A stretch of 64,000 bases of DNA from a virus (taxonomy: Duplodnaviria; Caudoviricetes), in IMG/VR virus record IMGVR_UViG_3300033121_001167, positions 1-64,000 of that record; one strand, 5' to 3'. This document shows positions 8,508 through 18,248 of the stretch, piece after piece. A program made the translations under genes and the position numbers. Each line of letters starts with the position of its first letter. Within the stretch, counting starts at the first letter, position 1. The notes beneath the pieces are model-generated. The model did not search any database, had not been told where the DNA came from, and saw nothing but the letters and a program-made list of their open reading frames with translations.

Positions 8508-9446
8508 CTATGTTAAAATTTTTAAAATTAAATTTACCCGTGTAACTGTGGAAACGCTGTCCACATTAAATCTAATTACATCACCAGAACTTACGGTTTT
8601 AGTCCATGTCGTTAAATTTGTGTCAGAATTTGATGCCGCAGCACTTAATGTAGGTTTCTCCGATCCTGCAATGCTGTCTAAAACAGTCGGTGGAAAATTT
8701 GCAAATACGTCCTTCCAAACATCAATCACAATTGATCCTGCTTGGTCGGCAGTTAAATACCAAGCATTTATATATCCGTTAAATGGAATTGTTATATCCC
8801 CTTTAATTCCAGTAGTGATCACGCTACCTCCGCCATCAATCGTCAAGCCAACTGTTTTAATTTCTTGAAAATATGAAGCAGTCATTGCCGTATTCGCAAA
8901 ACTGGCACTAACACTCGGACTACCGGGAGCATAACTGGCCGATATTGCATACGAAGACGTTAGATATGTTCTAATTGTTCCTACATCTGCAATGGATCGG
9001 TCATTTGATTTTAAAAAACTTCCGTAATCATATCCATACTGAATTCCAAATTTATTACTACTTCCATCAAAAAATTTAGCAGTATCGCTTACACCATCCA
9101 ACGAAAAGATGTAAAATTCATCACCAGACTTTAGCCCTTTTATGATGGTCTGTTCGTTTGTGATATAAACAGCATAATTTGCATCTCCATATACACCAAA
9201 TTCTGAATTAAACGGCATTTTGAACTGCAAACCTCCGCTGATGATCGCCTGAACATTGGGTGCAGTTGTACCACTTCCACCATATATCCCACCACCTGTT
9301 GCAGCATAACTGGCAGATGTAGCAATGATTCCAGTCAATGCACTGCCATTACCCACAAACGCAGATGCAGTTACAGAATTTTCAACAAACAAATTTTGCA
9401 GTTCCGCATCACTTCCAGACCGAACTAACTTCTGCCATGTACTCAT
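8508..9446 (-). CDS. Tail-fibre-like protein
   Basis: SASYA/SASFA/TASY repeats; C-terminal IDGGGSVITTG...GSIVIDVWKD...GDVIRFNVDS module. Confidence 0.7.
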   Translation of the reverse strand: MSTWQKLVRSGSDAELQNLFVENSVTASAFVGNGSALTGIIATSASYAATGGGIYGGSGTTAPNVQAIISGGLQFKMPFNSEFGVYGDANYAVYITNEQTIIKGLKSGDEFYIFSLDGVSDTAKFFDGSSNKFGIQYGYDYGSFLKSNDRSIADVGTIRTYLTSSYAISASYAPGSPSVSASFANTAMTASYFQEIKTVGLTIDGGGSVITTGIKGDITIPFNGYINAWYLTADQAGSIVIDVWKDVFANFPPTVLDSIAGSEKPTLSAAASNSDTNLTTWTKTVSSGDVIRFNVDSVSTVTRVNLILKILT

Positions 9447-10723
9447 TATTTATTTTTAACTACGATTAGTTCGTTTTCATAATGCTCAAGTCGTTCAATA
9501 TTCAACTTCAAATTTCCCAGCTCCATGTAACCATATTCACCACTATCAGTCAAAATTTGAGATAGTAATGTAATATACTGAAAATCAGTCTGTGTGAACG
9601 TGTTTCCATCAATTTCAACGATGATGCCGGGAATTTTAAATGTTCCAGTAGGATTTATTTTGAGGTTTAAATCGCACCACGTCGTGTTTGGCTGTTCCTT
9701 TGCGATATATTTGCTTATTTCGGGTTGATTCAAATCACACACCAACGAATCACACCAAGGCTCCAGTGTTTGCAATAATTGGTAGTAACAATTTGTTATT
9801 TTGAAGCCGATGTTATATTTGTGCGAGATGATTGGATGTAAATACTCATCATGTTTAACCATTGACCCCCATTTCCTTATAAAATTTCGGGTTGATCGGA
9901 TATTTTGTTCCTCCCACTCGGGACTATTTGTTCCGACTTCTGTAAGATTCGGATTGAATCTGCTGCCTCTACAAGTTAAATGATAGACAAACCCATCCCA
10001 AGTTTGTATAAAGCAGTTTTTTCCAAATTTTAATTTGAATCTATTGAATATGTCGCTGTCTTCCTTTGATTGCGGTGCATACAATGGGTCGTGTCCACCG
10101 ATTTCTTTAAATTCATCTACCCAGAATGCCCACGGCGCAAATACTCCGTAAGTTATTTTTTCATGTATATAATTTTCTCGGTATATTTTAACCAAATCTA
10201 AAAGCGAATCTTCGTCAAAATTTTCAGGTTCTGTGCCAAAATCATCTACTAATTTTTCTGGACCGGATGGATGTAGTGGCGGTTCTATTCGGGTGAGAGA
10301 GACAATCCGGTTTTTATTTTTTATTGGCTTTGAAGCGAATGAAGAAACCGTCATACCAGATGGATATTGCTCACGTTTAAATTTCCAGTCATACATCAAT
10401 CTGTCAATTGCATCCAACGCATTTGGGCAAAGGTACATATCACTATGGAATATCATTGCAACTTCAGTTTCCACAATTTCATTTATAATTCGGTCATACA
10501 TAATGGTATGACCCAACCGCTTACCAGTTGTATTTTCTATTGATTTTACAAATGGATCAATTTTCTTTATTTCTTCAATCCACTCCCGTGTCCCGTCCTC
10601 ACAATGATCAATTCCATAACAAATCCAAACTTCATGGTCGCCTTGATTTTTACGGATAGAATCATAGGACCATTTCAAGTATTTAAGATTGTTCCGGGTG
10701 GATACTACTAAACTAATTTTCAT
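9446..10723 (-). CDS. Glycosyltransferase family 2
   Basis: ISLVVSTRNN, DHCEDGT, FHSDMY, EDSDIF. Confidence 0.9.
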   Translation of the reverse strand: MKISLVVSTRNNLKYLKWSYDSIRKNQGDHEVWICYGIDHCEDGTREWIEEIKKIDPFVKSIENTTGKRLGHTIMYDRIINEIVETEVAMIFHSDMYLCPNALDAIDRLMYDWKFKREQYPSGMTVSSFASKPIKNKNRIVSLTRIEPPLHPSGPEKLVDDFGTEPENFDEDSLLDLVKIYRENYIHEKITYGVFAPWAFWVDEFKEIGGHDPLYAPQSKEDSDIFNRFKLKFGKNCFIQTWDGFVYHLTCRGSRFNPNLTEVGTNSPEWEEQNIRSTRNFIRKWGSMVKHDEYLHPIISHKYNIGFKITNCYYQLLQTLEPWCDSLVCDLNQPEISKYIAKEQPNTTWCDLNLKINPTGTFKIPGIIVEIDGNTFTQTDFQYITLLSQILTDSGEYGYMELGNLKLNIERLEHYENELIVVKNK

Positions 10724-11013
10724 TTTATTTTAAATGTATAAACACGGTTTAAATCTAATTCTGATACCGATTCGTTGAGTTTATTATTTACAATGAATTT
10801 TTGAATTGACTTATCACAAAATTTAGTTAATGATTCTACTACTCCAGTCATATCAACACCACAAAATTCAGTTTGGTCGTATCTAAAATAATCAAGATAT
10901 AAAAACCATTCGTCAACTTTCCAACATGGCATAATACATCCGGTATTGTGTGGTAATGTTTTCGGCGATAATATTATTTGCATAGCCACAATTATTTGAA
11001 AAATCCAAACCAT
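10720..11013 (-). CDS. Hypothetical protein, 97 aa
   Basis: Co-oriented ORF with 4-nt overlap. Confidence 0.55.
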   Translation of the reverse strand: MVWIFQIIVAMQIILSPKTLPHNTGCIMPCWKVDEWFLYLDYFRYDQTEFCGVDMTGVVESLTKFCDKSIQKFIVNNKLNESVSELDLNRVYTFKIK

Positions 11014-11058
11014 CCCTCTTTTGGGACGACTTGGACGTATTCATTTGGTTGGATTATT

Positions 11059-11265
11059 TTACTTCCGTCCAAGCGGTTTAAAAAATTGCATAAGATTGGA
11101 TTCTGGAACTGAAATCATTGGTTGTCCAGTCCGCCATACTGTACCATTTTTAATTTTCCGCATGAAATAAATTGGCTCATCGTGGGCATAAGACTTGTTC
11201 GTGTTTAGAATGTTATACACCTCGTAAACAGAACCGTCTTCAATCAGTTGAAATTGTTGATTCAT
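11059..11265 (-). CDS. Hypothetical protein, 68 aa
   Basis: Co-oriented ORF. Confidence 0.55.
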   Translation of the reverse strand: MNQQFQLIEDGSVYEVYNILNTNKSYAHDEPIYFMRKIKNGTVWRTGQPMISVPESNLMQFFKPLGRK

Positions 11266-11284
11266 TGTGTTATCCTTTTTTTGT

Positions 11285-11303
11285 GAAGGTAGTGCAGCCC
11301 TTC
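11285..11303. repeat. Inverted repeat arm 3' of hsp20
   Basis: GAAGGTAGTGCAGCCCTTC is the reverse complement of 11788-11808 apart from a 2-nt bulge. Confidence 0.7.
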
Positions 11304-11311
11304 GGGTTAAA

Positions 11312-11755
11312 TTAGTTCAATTGTTTGTTCAAATCAACGATTGCGATTTCTTTTGGAAAGGAAGCCGCCGATCTTGGAATTATCAATTTCAACATTCCGT
11401 TTTTGAATGAACTTGAAAGTTGTGATAAATCAAATTTGATTGGAATTTTCCATCCCACCTCAAAATCTCGCTTTGTAATTCCACGATAGTGATACACTAT
11501 ATTTTCAGTGGATTCTTTATTACTCCGATGATATTTGACTTTTAGTTCATTTTCAACAGTCGTAACCTTAATGTCATCTACATTTCCATCCGCAATCGGT
11601 ATGTCAATGTATAATGCGGTTTCGTCTGTATATACATCAGTCGGATAATTAATTTTTTGATTTAGCAAAGGCTGATAACCTTTACCTTGCAAAAAATTAG
11701 AAAATCGTAAATCAAACGCTTCAAAGTCGTTTAAATAAAATTGTGGTGTGTTCAT
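11312..11755 (-). CDS. Small heat-shock protein Hsp20
   Basis: YPTDVY, YRGITKRDF, SSFKNGMLKLIIP alpha-crystallin motifs. Confidence 0.92.
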   Translation of the reverse strand: MNTPQFYLNDFEAFDLRFSNFLQGKGYQPLLNQKINYPTDVYTDETALYIDIPIADGNVDDIKVTTVENELKVKYHRSNKESTENIVYHYRGITKRDFEVGWKIPIKFDLSQLSSSFKNGMLKLIIPRSAASFPKEIAIVDLNKQLN

Positions 11756-11758
11756 AGT

Positions 11759-12718
11759 TTAAAACCTCTCTTGATGGTTAAATGATTGAAGGGCTGCACT
11801 GAACCTTCTTACAAATATTTCTTCACTATAATTATCTAAATAATTTGAAACGGCCGCATCTGAACAATGCTTGTAAAAATCCGAATCCATTTTTAGACGA
11901 TTTGCTAATTGCTTTGCAGTTACTAAATCTCCTTCATCAACAGTCAAATCTGGCTGACATATTCGTTGAGGGTCCAGAGAACTGTATCCAATACAAGGAA
12001 TGCCTAAATAACTTGTATTCAAAGCAAACGTTCCGGCCGCATAAGTCCGCATCAGGTGAACTGCATATTTAAATTTACTCAATCTAACAATCCACTCGTT
12101 CCAATTCATATAGGGTAGATATGTGATGTCTTCAATATAATCTTCATACTCACGTTTCCTACCCATACTTGGAGCATAAATTTCAGTACCAAATTCGCTT
12201 GCGACGATGAACGAGTCCATCCCCCCATACCAACTGCACAAATTGCCCCCTATAACAGACGAGGCTCGCGCATGGGCGACGTTTACGATATTTGCGGGTA
12301 TTGAGTCCTCTATCATCAAAGACTGCAAAACAAACACGTTTTTGTGCGAAATAAGACCACTGTAATAATTGCGATCAATCTCGTTATGCACAAAAATACA
12401 ATCCACGTCATTCAACAATTTCAAATATCGGAATTGGTCTGGAATATCATAATCTTGCCAGCCATCTTGCGGCCCTTCCTGCATTACTGCCCACATCTTA
12501 CAACCATTTCTATTTTGGTCAAAAAAGTCAAATGCAATGTTAGGATTTTTTTTGGGAACTATAATAATGCCCAAATTGTACTTTTGCGGTGTGACTGAAT
12601 GACTAAGTGGGATGTGGTTGGCATTTAATGCACACATCCAACTTGTATCAGTTCTTCCCGCAAATTTTCGGTCAATTTTACCTGAAAAATTACTTTCAGT
12701 GAAGAATGTTATGTTCAT
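11759..12718 (-). CDS. Glycosyltransferase-like protein (GT-B)
   Basis: AVHLMRTYAAGTFALNTSYLGIPCIGY resembles the GT-B C-terminal signature. Confidence 0.65.
   Translation of the reverse strand: MNITFFTESNFSGKIDRKFAGRTDTSWMCALNANHIPLSHSVTPQKYNLGIIIVPKKNPNIAFDFFDQNRNGCKMWAVMQEGPQDGWQDYDIPDQFRYLKLLNDVDCIFVHNEIDRNYYSGLISHKNVFVLQSLMIEDSIPANIVNVAHARASSVIGGNLCSWYGGMDSFIVASEFGTEIYAPSMGRKREYEDYIEDITYLPYMNWNEWIVRLSKFKYAVHLMRTYAAGTFALNTSYLGIPCIGYSSLDPQRICQPDLTVDEGDLVTAKQLANRLKMDSDFYKHCSDAAVSNYLDNYSEEIFVRRFSAALQSFNHQERF
11788..11808. repeat. Inverted repeat arm 5' of hsp20 (inside the upstream gene's 3' end)
   Basis: GAAGGGCTGCACTGAACCTTC. Confidence 0.7.
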
Positions 12719-12941
12719 TTAATGTGTTTTTAATTTGCTCATACACAAATTGGGAATTTCCGTCCACAGATAATATCTGCTCCTTATTTTCCCAAATATT
12801 TACATAGTAAATTTCCGGTTCATCAAAATATTCGTCCATATAAATATTAAATTTGTCCATTTTACACATACCACACCAACAATCTTCACACTCATTTCCA
12901 GTAAAGATAAGATCATTTAATTGTTTTGTACTGGTAGCCAT
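12696..12941 (-). CDS. Hypothetical protein, 81 aa
   Basis: Co-oriented ORF. Confidence 0.55.
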   Translation of the reverse strand: MATSTKQLNDLIFTGNECEDCWCGMCKMDKFNIYMDEYFDEPEIYYVNIWENKEQILSVDGNSQFVYEQIKNTLNEHNILH

Positions 12942-13165
12942 ATTTTATTTGCAGTAGGGTTTTGAGATAATTCCACTTTAACTAATTCGGTAATATCTGA
13001 TATATCACTGTGAATATTCGTCTCATAAAATCCGTCTGGAAGTTTTACGATAAATTTTCTAAATTTATGCCATCCTCGGCGATGACTGAAAAATGAGTTT
13101 GTATGGTAATGATTTAACATTTCGTTGAATTGCTCGTCACTATAATCACTTCGTTTCAATACCAT
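12917..13165 (-). CDS. Hypothetical protein, 82 aa
   Basis: Co-oriented ORF. Confidence 0.55.
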   Translation of the reverse strand: MVLKRSDYSDEQFNEMLNHYHTNSFFSHRRGWHKFRKFIVKLPDGFYETNIHSDISDITELVKVELSQNPTANKIWLPVQNN

Positions 13166-13367
13166 CGCTTATCTCCTTTATAATTTGACAAAATTCGTAT
13201 AGTTCCTCGTCTTCACATAATGTCCTCAGACAATTAAGTGCCAGCAAATACTCAGAATCAGTTAACCCGTCTCTGATAGATACAAATTTTCTAAATTCGT
13301 CTAAATCATCAAACAAATTTACCGGGTTAATTAGGTCATAGTAATGGGAATCACTTATTTCGTACAT
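13146..13367 (-). CDS. Hypothetical protein, 73 aa
   Basis: Co-oriented ORF. Confidence 0.55.
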   Translation of the reverse strand: MYEISDSHYYDLINPVNLFDDLDEFRKFVSIRDGLTDSEYLLALNCLRTLCEDEELYEFCQIIKEISDGIETK

Positions 13368-13369
13368 AT

Positions 13370-13657
13370 TTATTCTCCAAGTTCAAATTCCGTATCAGCA
13401 TAAAAGATGATTGTGAAATCGCAATCAACAAAAGTCATTAGGTAAAATTCGCCGCGATATTCAACATTATTTACGGTCGCGCTTATCTCTTCAATTTCTT
13501 TTACAATCCAATTGCTAAAAGCCTTTGCGGGTTTAACTCCATAAACTACATCGTATATAGTGTTACCACTTAAAAATGGACTGCCCATAAATATGGTTTT
13601 ATAAAGTTTTATCTTCGTGCCATTTAGCCGAAGTTGTAAAAGTTCAATTATAGACAT
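13370..13657 (-). CDS. Hypothetical protein, 95 aa
   Basis: Co-oriented ORF. Confidence 0.55.
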   Translation of the reverse strand: MSIIELLQLRLNGTKIKLYKTIFMGSPFLSGNTIYDVVYGVKPAKAFSNWIVKEIEEISATVNNVEYRGEFYLMTFVDCDFTIIFYADTEFELGE

Positions 13658-14325
13658 TCTGCGAGCGTTTTAAACGAACATTCGTAGTTCTTAGTCAAAT
13701 GTTCAAGTGAGAGTTGTAGTTGTTCAAAATTTTGCCTGTTCCATACATTGTGATTGTGGGAACCCGCAATGTGGGATTGGAACATGATCATATTTTCGTT
13801 ATGAATTGATATATGTTCCTGTTGTATTCCATCATGTCCAAAGAAAGTTTTACAATTCCAGTTCATATTCCGATTGTGGTCATAATGAAGTGCGACATAT
13901 TCAAAATTCTCATCAATATAGGATTGACAATCTGGATTTAGTAACCAACCGGGAGAGCGCCATCCATTTGGAAAATTTCCAATGGAGTCATACCACTCAT
14001 CTAACATATCTCGGAATCTATACTTTACGTCATGTGCTTGTAACTCAAACCACTCACATTCTCCAAATTGTTGTGGGTTTAACGTATCGTGGAAATGCCC
14101 ATGTGCGCACAACTCAAAAAATTCAACCGAATTTAATTCATCAATCCAACCTTTGTTATCTGTCAATTTATTTCTACGATGGTAATTGGACGGAATGAAT
14201 AAATTGTATTTACATCCAAACTGTTCATGCAATTCGCGAAACCATTTCTCGGGTTCTTCTCCGATGAGTCGGTATCCTTTTTGTGGATTTATATCATCGC
14301 AAGATATTGTAATGCTCAAATTCAT
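13648..14325 (-). CDS. Polysaccharide deacetylase-like protein (NodB/DUF2334 type)
   Basis: ISCDD, ELCAHGHFH, GWRSPGW, MFQSH motifs. Confidence 0.75.
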   Translation of the reverse strand: MNLSITISCDDINPQKGYRLIGEEPEKWFRELHEQFGCKYNLFIPSNYHRRNKLTDNKGWIDELNSVEFFELCAHGHFHDTLNPQQFGECEWFELQAHDVKYRFRDMLDEWYDSIGNFPNGWRSPGWLLNPDCQSYIDENFEYVALHYDHNRNMNWNCKTFFGHDGIQQEHISIHNENMIMFQSHIAGSHNHNVWNRQNFEQLQLSLEHLTKNYECSFKTLAECL

Positions 14326-14683
14326 GTGGAAGTTTTATATTAATTATGCCATTTGCTGAGTCAAATAATGGCTTTATTTGCTCTATCGTATATCCAGCCA
14401 ATCCAGTCCCGATGGGTGTGACTAAAAATTCAAGGTCTGGATGGTTTATCGCAAACTCTATAAATTTTTGCACATATTTAGCGATTTCGGACAATGGAAG
14501 AGTTTTAATTCTAAAATCTTTGGTTGGAATTGCATACGATTGTCCTTGCAAACCTTGACCGTGACCATATATTGCCCCAAATTTCATCATCGCTTGTTTA
14601 GCGGCTCCTGCACCATGTACTCCGGCCAAATTTGATCCAAATACAAAAATTTGGTTGGGCAATAGTTCTTTGATCGTTTTCAT
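14294..14683 (-). CDS. A1S_2505-family, macrodomain-like phage protein
   Basis: QIFVFGSNLAGVHGAGAA...GQSYAIPT...FLVTPIGTGLAG. Confidence 0.8.
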   Translation of the reverse strand: MKTIKELLPNQIFVFGSNLAGVHGAGAAKQAMMKFGAIYGHGQGLQGQSYAIPTKDFRIKTLPLSEIAKYVQKFIEFAINHPDLEFLVTPIGTGLAGYTIEQIKPLFDSANGIINIKLPHEFEHYNILR

Positions 14684-15027
14684 TCGCTTCCATGATTATA
14701 TTTCTTCTCTAAAAATTCGCCGAAATGTTTGGCAATCTCGTTTTTAATCATAATTCTAAGACCATTTATATCACGGATTGCAATTGCCCTCCTACCAACT
14801 TCTTCAAGTCCAAGTTCACCTTCTTTACCCTTTCTAATGTCAGACTCTAAATCCCAAATTTGTCCGTTGGTTTTTTTCAAATCGTTGATAAAGTCTTGAT
14901 GCCAACCTCTCTCTCGTATGGCATTTTCCAATGTCAATAAATGTTGCAGATTATCCGCATTCGCTCTCTCTCTCTTTAGGAGTTCAATTGTATAGCGGTC
15001 GTATAGGTCTGGTGTAGGATATTTCAT
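14680..15027 (-). CDS. DUF6165-like helical protein
   Basis: DLYDRYTIELLK...TNGQIWDLESDIR...INGLRIMIKNEI. Confidence 0.55.
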   Translation of the reverse strand: MKYPTPDLYDRYTIELLKRERANADNLQHLLTLENAIRERGWHQDFINDLKKTNGQIWDLESDIRKGKEGELGLEEVGRRAIAIRDINGLRIMIKNEIAKHFGEFLEKKYNHGSE

Positions 15028-15359
15028 AACTGAATCGTTTTAAATGTATCAAGTTTTTCATTAATTATTCGTGGCAGAGCAAGTGCCAAATCCTCATATT
15101 CATCCGCATCTTCGTCGTAAAGTCGTGGATCATTTTCAGTATTAAATAACTCCAATTCATTCATTTTAAATACTGCCCAAAATTCGCAAAATTCAAAGGT
15201 GATTGTAATAGATGGCGCATCTCCATCAATATTTACCTGATTGTAAATTTGCTCATTTACATCTGTGACGATGTCGAGTATTTCGTCTAATGTTTTATCA
15301 AAAAATGTCATAAGTGTTTTATTTTTTACAATTATACAAAAACTTTTTAAATAATCCAA
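15024..15359 (-). CDS. Hypothetical protein, 111 aa
   Basis: Co-oriented ORF. Confidence 0.6.
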   Translation of the reverse strand: MDYLKSFCIIVKNKTLMTFFDKTLDEILDIVTDVNEQIYNQVNIDGDAPSITITFEFCEFWAVFKMNELELFNTENDPRLYDEDADEYEDLALALPRIINEKLDTFKTIQL

Positions 15360-15363
15360 ATTA

Positions 15364-15549
15364 TTAACAGATTTTTAACAAATATAAACCAATAAGTGTA
15401 AGGATCACCCACCATAAGTTTTTCATTATCAAATAAACAAATCTGAAATTTCTTGTAGTTTGTGTGATTTTTAATTTGTCTGCCTTAATTCCATATCGGC
15501 GTAGATAGTCATACATTTTTTGAATATCGTGATCATATAGTGGCTTCAT
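15364..15549 (-). CDS. Small membrane protein, 61 aa
   Basis: C-terminal hydrophobic helix. Confidence 0.5.
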   Translation of the reverse strand: MKPLYDHDIQKMYDYLRRYGIKADKLKITQTTRNFRFVYLIMKNLWWVILTLIGLYLLKIC

Positions 15550-15595
15550 CTATAATAAATAATTTTGTTTTTACAATAATATTAAAAGTTTTTGA

Positions 15596-15826
15596 TTATT
15601 GAGGAACAATCTTCCAATAGGATGGTTCACCTTCACGAAAATCGCCTTCAACAAGTTCAAGTTTCCATCCATACGATTCCAACCATTCAACCAATTTAGG
15701 ACTTTTTGAAATCTCATCATTTTTAAAAGTGAATCTACCATACGCAACCGCACATTCAATGTTAACAATCGATTTCTTTAAAAGATTGTCCGAACTTGGA
15801 TAATTTGTTTCTTCTGGTCTTAGCAT
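15596..15826 (-). CDS. Hypothetical protein, 76 aa
   Basis: Co-oriented ORF. Confidence 0.5.
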   Translation of the reverse strand: MLRPEETNYPSSDNLLKKSIVNIECAVAYGRFTFKNDEISKSPKLVEWLESYGWKLELVEGDFREGEPSYWKIVPQ

Positions 15827-16866
15827 AATTTTGAAATTTGATTTAAAACTTCTTCGTTTGTGATGAATGGTTTTTGTTTGAATAGATTATCAAAATTTTG
15901 TTTACTTGATTGTTCCAAAATACTCCACCATTCCCCCTTGTCCTTCGCAGTACATTTACCGAGTGGGTTTAATTCATCCAATACGCCCATCCGTTTTTTT
16001 GGATGCCTCCTATTATGTGAATGGAGAATATTGCTAACATTGTACTGGACAAATTCATCGCCAAGCAGTTTTTTTGCAATGACACCCAGACTTACATCTT
16101 CGGAATTGTGGATGAGTGCGTGTGGAATGTTGATGCCACTCTTTAATAAATCTGTACTAAACCCGACACACGATCCGTCAAATCTGGGGTTATCAAAACT
16201 AACTATTTCGGTACTTTCAAACGGAATATTATTCACGTCCTCCATTTCCCCCCATGACATATAACCTTTACCAGATTCAATCGCATTAAATTGCCAATCT
16301 TCATCATCTACGAATTTAACATCCTTATATTTTGGATGTAAGGGTGCAAACGAATTATCCCACAATTTTCTGTCGGCAAAATTTACAATGTATTTAGGCG
16401 TTATCGCTTTGACTGATTCATGCAATTGATCTAAAATTCTCAGTGTTTGGCTGGGCCATAATGAATCAGTTTCACTCCACAGAATTACATCTGCTTTGTC
16501 TTGGAAATCGTAACAAAAATCGCGCCTATAAGATGCTATGTTGTAAAAATCGTGGGTCGTGGCTTTTTGATAAAATTTCAACTGTTTCTTAAAATTGCGG
16601 TCAAGTTTCAAATATACCAAATCCCCGAGCGCATTCTCATTATGCCGTTCGGTTTTACCAACAGGAATTGCATATCTTTGCCGGAAATACTCCCAATCCA
16701 CCTTTTCAAGATATTGTTGGGTTGAAAAACAAAACTCAAAGGTAACATTTTCAGGATTTTCTATCCCTTCCAGCATTTTTTTACATGAATGAATGTGCTC
16801 ATCCAACATTTCCAACTCGTAAAACTGGATCAAGCATCCGAAAATGTATTTATTTTTTAAGATCAT
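15820..16866 (-). CDS. Glycosyltransferase-like protein (GT-A)
   Basis: RRDFCY...DVILWSETDS (DxD-like) and HNSEDV; cluster context. Confidence 0.55.
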   Translation of the reverse strand: MILKNKYIFGCLIQFYELEMLDEHIHSCKKMLEGIENPENVTFEFCFSTQQYLEKVDWEYFRQRYAIPVGKTERHNENALGDLVYLKLDRNFKKQLKFYQKATTHDFYNIASYRRDFCYDFQDKADVILWSETDSLWPSQTLRILDQLHESVKAITPKYIVNFADRKLWDNSFAPLHPKYKDVKFVDDEDWQFNAIESGKGYMSWGEMEDVNNIPFESTEIVSFDNPRFDGSCVGFSTDLLKSGINIPHALIHNSEDVSLGVIAKKLLGDEFVQYNVSNILHSHNRRHPKKRMGVLDELNPLGKCTAKDKGEWWSILEQSSKQNFDNLFKQKPFITNEEVLNQISKLC

Positions 16867-17434
16867 AATAAGGAAAAACGTTTCGGTCGTAATATTGTTT
16901 ACAGTCGTTCATACAAAAATCAATTTCAATTTCGGAAACTGGGCGAAAGTGCCAAGCATCAACACCGACATTTATCATCTTGGGTTGGACTTTCCACAAT
17001 CCATGAATATGTCCTGTAATTGCAAAATCAATTTGTGGGTTGTTGTGAATTTCAGTTAGACAACCAGTCGGATAATGATTCAAATGCAACTGTTGCCCGT
17101 TCAATTCAATTGTATGATTTTCATAAATTTCATCAAAATAATCAGCCAACAAATACAGTTTGTCTTCATCATAGTTTCCCACGATTAAATTCCATTTTAT
17201 TTTTGGATTGTAGTCGCGCATTTGCCGCAAAATACGAATTGAATCAGAATTGTATCCGAAAATGACATCACCCAAATGCCAAAATTCAGTCATCAGTTCG
17301 CAACTAATGAAATGATCTCGGATTGTTTCATTCTGTTCATCAATCGTATTAAATGGACGATAAAATAGATTCGGGTTGCCATCAATACCAATCCGACTTT
17401 CACCCAAATGCCAATCGCTTGAAAAATACTTCAT
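16850..17434 (-). CDS. Calcineurin-like metallophosphoesterase
   Basis: SDWHLG, HLGD, GNYD, NHYP, GHIH, NVGVD. Confidence 0.9.
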   Translation of the reverse strand: MKYFSSDWHLGESRIGIDGNPNLFYRPFNTIDEQNETIRDHFISCELMTEFWHLGDVIFGYNSDSIRILRQMRDYNPKIKWNLIVGNYDEDKLYLLADYFDEIYENHTIELNGQQLHLNHYPTGCLTEIHNNPQIDFAITGHIHGLWKVQPKMINVGVDAWHFRPVSEIEIDFCMNDCKQYYDRNVFPYYDLKK

Positions 17435-17748
17435 TTAATAGATATTATTTTGTAATTTAATATAGGAAACTCCATTATGAATTGATGAGTTCGCTTATCT
17501 TCTTTGACGAAATATAAATCTCCATTGTATCGGGTGATATAAAATATTGACTTTGCAGTTGTCCATGTTAAATCCAATATATTATTACCACACCCACAAA
17601 AATTTGCACGAATAACCGGAAAATCTGATATATGAATGTAGGTTTGATCTGCAATTATACGAGTGCCAATCAGTTCCAATTCTATTCGTTTGAAACTTGG
17701 CTGTGAATATGCAAATACCGGAAGTAACAGAAAATATAGTAATTTCAT
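17431..17748 (-). CDS. Hypothetical exported protein
   Basis: Signal-peptide-like MKLLYFLLLPVFAYSQ. Confidence 0.55.
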   Translation of the reverse strand: MKLLYFLLLPVFAYSQPSFKRIELELIGTRIIADQTYIHISDFPVIRANFCGCGNNILDLTWTTAKSIFYITRYNGDLYFVKEDKRTHQFIMEFPILNYKIISIK

Positions 17749-18242
17749 GTCGTTTTATACAAGCAAAAGCCACTAAGATCACCAACCAAGAATTTTACAT
17801 CGCTGATGCCATAGCCAGAGACTGGATATTTTTTCCAAATCATTTTATACAATTTATCTTTTTGTGGGTCTGTCTTTACACTACCATCTTTATGAACTGA
17901 TATGATTGCAACACATTGTGGTTTCTTTTTTGCAATATATCGCTCAACTGCATCTTTGACAGTTTTATATAGAGCCAACGCCGAATTAAGTTCAAGATTG
18001 GTATATTTTGCGTCTTCCCCATTCACTGTGAAACTGACATTTACCAATTCTGTTATTTTGTCTTGTAAAAACGGGAGAAATTCAAATTCATTAATGTTAG
18101 TTTTTTCGTCAAATTCAACCACAATTTCAAGATCGTCCGCAGTTTTGAATTTAGCAAAATGACCGCTCCAACGAATTGGATAAGATTTGACTGTGTTGAA
18201 ATCTAAGATTTCCTTCAAGATTTCCATTAATGATATTTTCAT
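17745..18242 (-). CDS. Hypothetical protein, 165 aa
   Basis: Co-oriented ORF. Confidence 0.7.
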   Translation of the reverse strand: MKISLMEILKEILDFNTVKSYPIRWSGHFAKFKTADDLEIVVEFDEKTNINEFEFLPFLQDKITELVNVSFTVNGEDAKYTNLELNSALALYKTVKDAVERYIAKKKPQCVAIISVHKDGSVKTDPQKDKLYKMIWKKYPVSGYGISDVKFLVGDLSGFCLYKTT

Positions 18243-18248
18243 AATCTG

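Noticed and set aside
8508-9446. SASYA-type repeats as a DGR or contingency locus
   Set aside because: They are degenerate protein-level fibre repeats without nucleotide-level identity.
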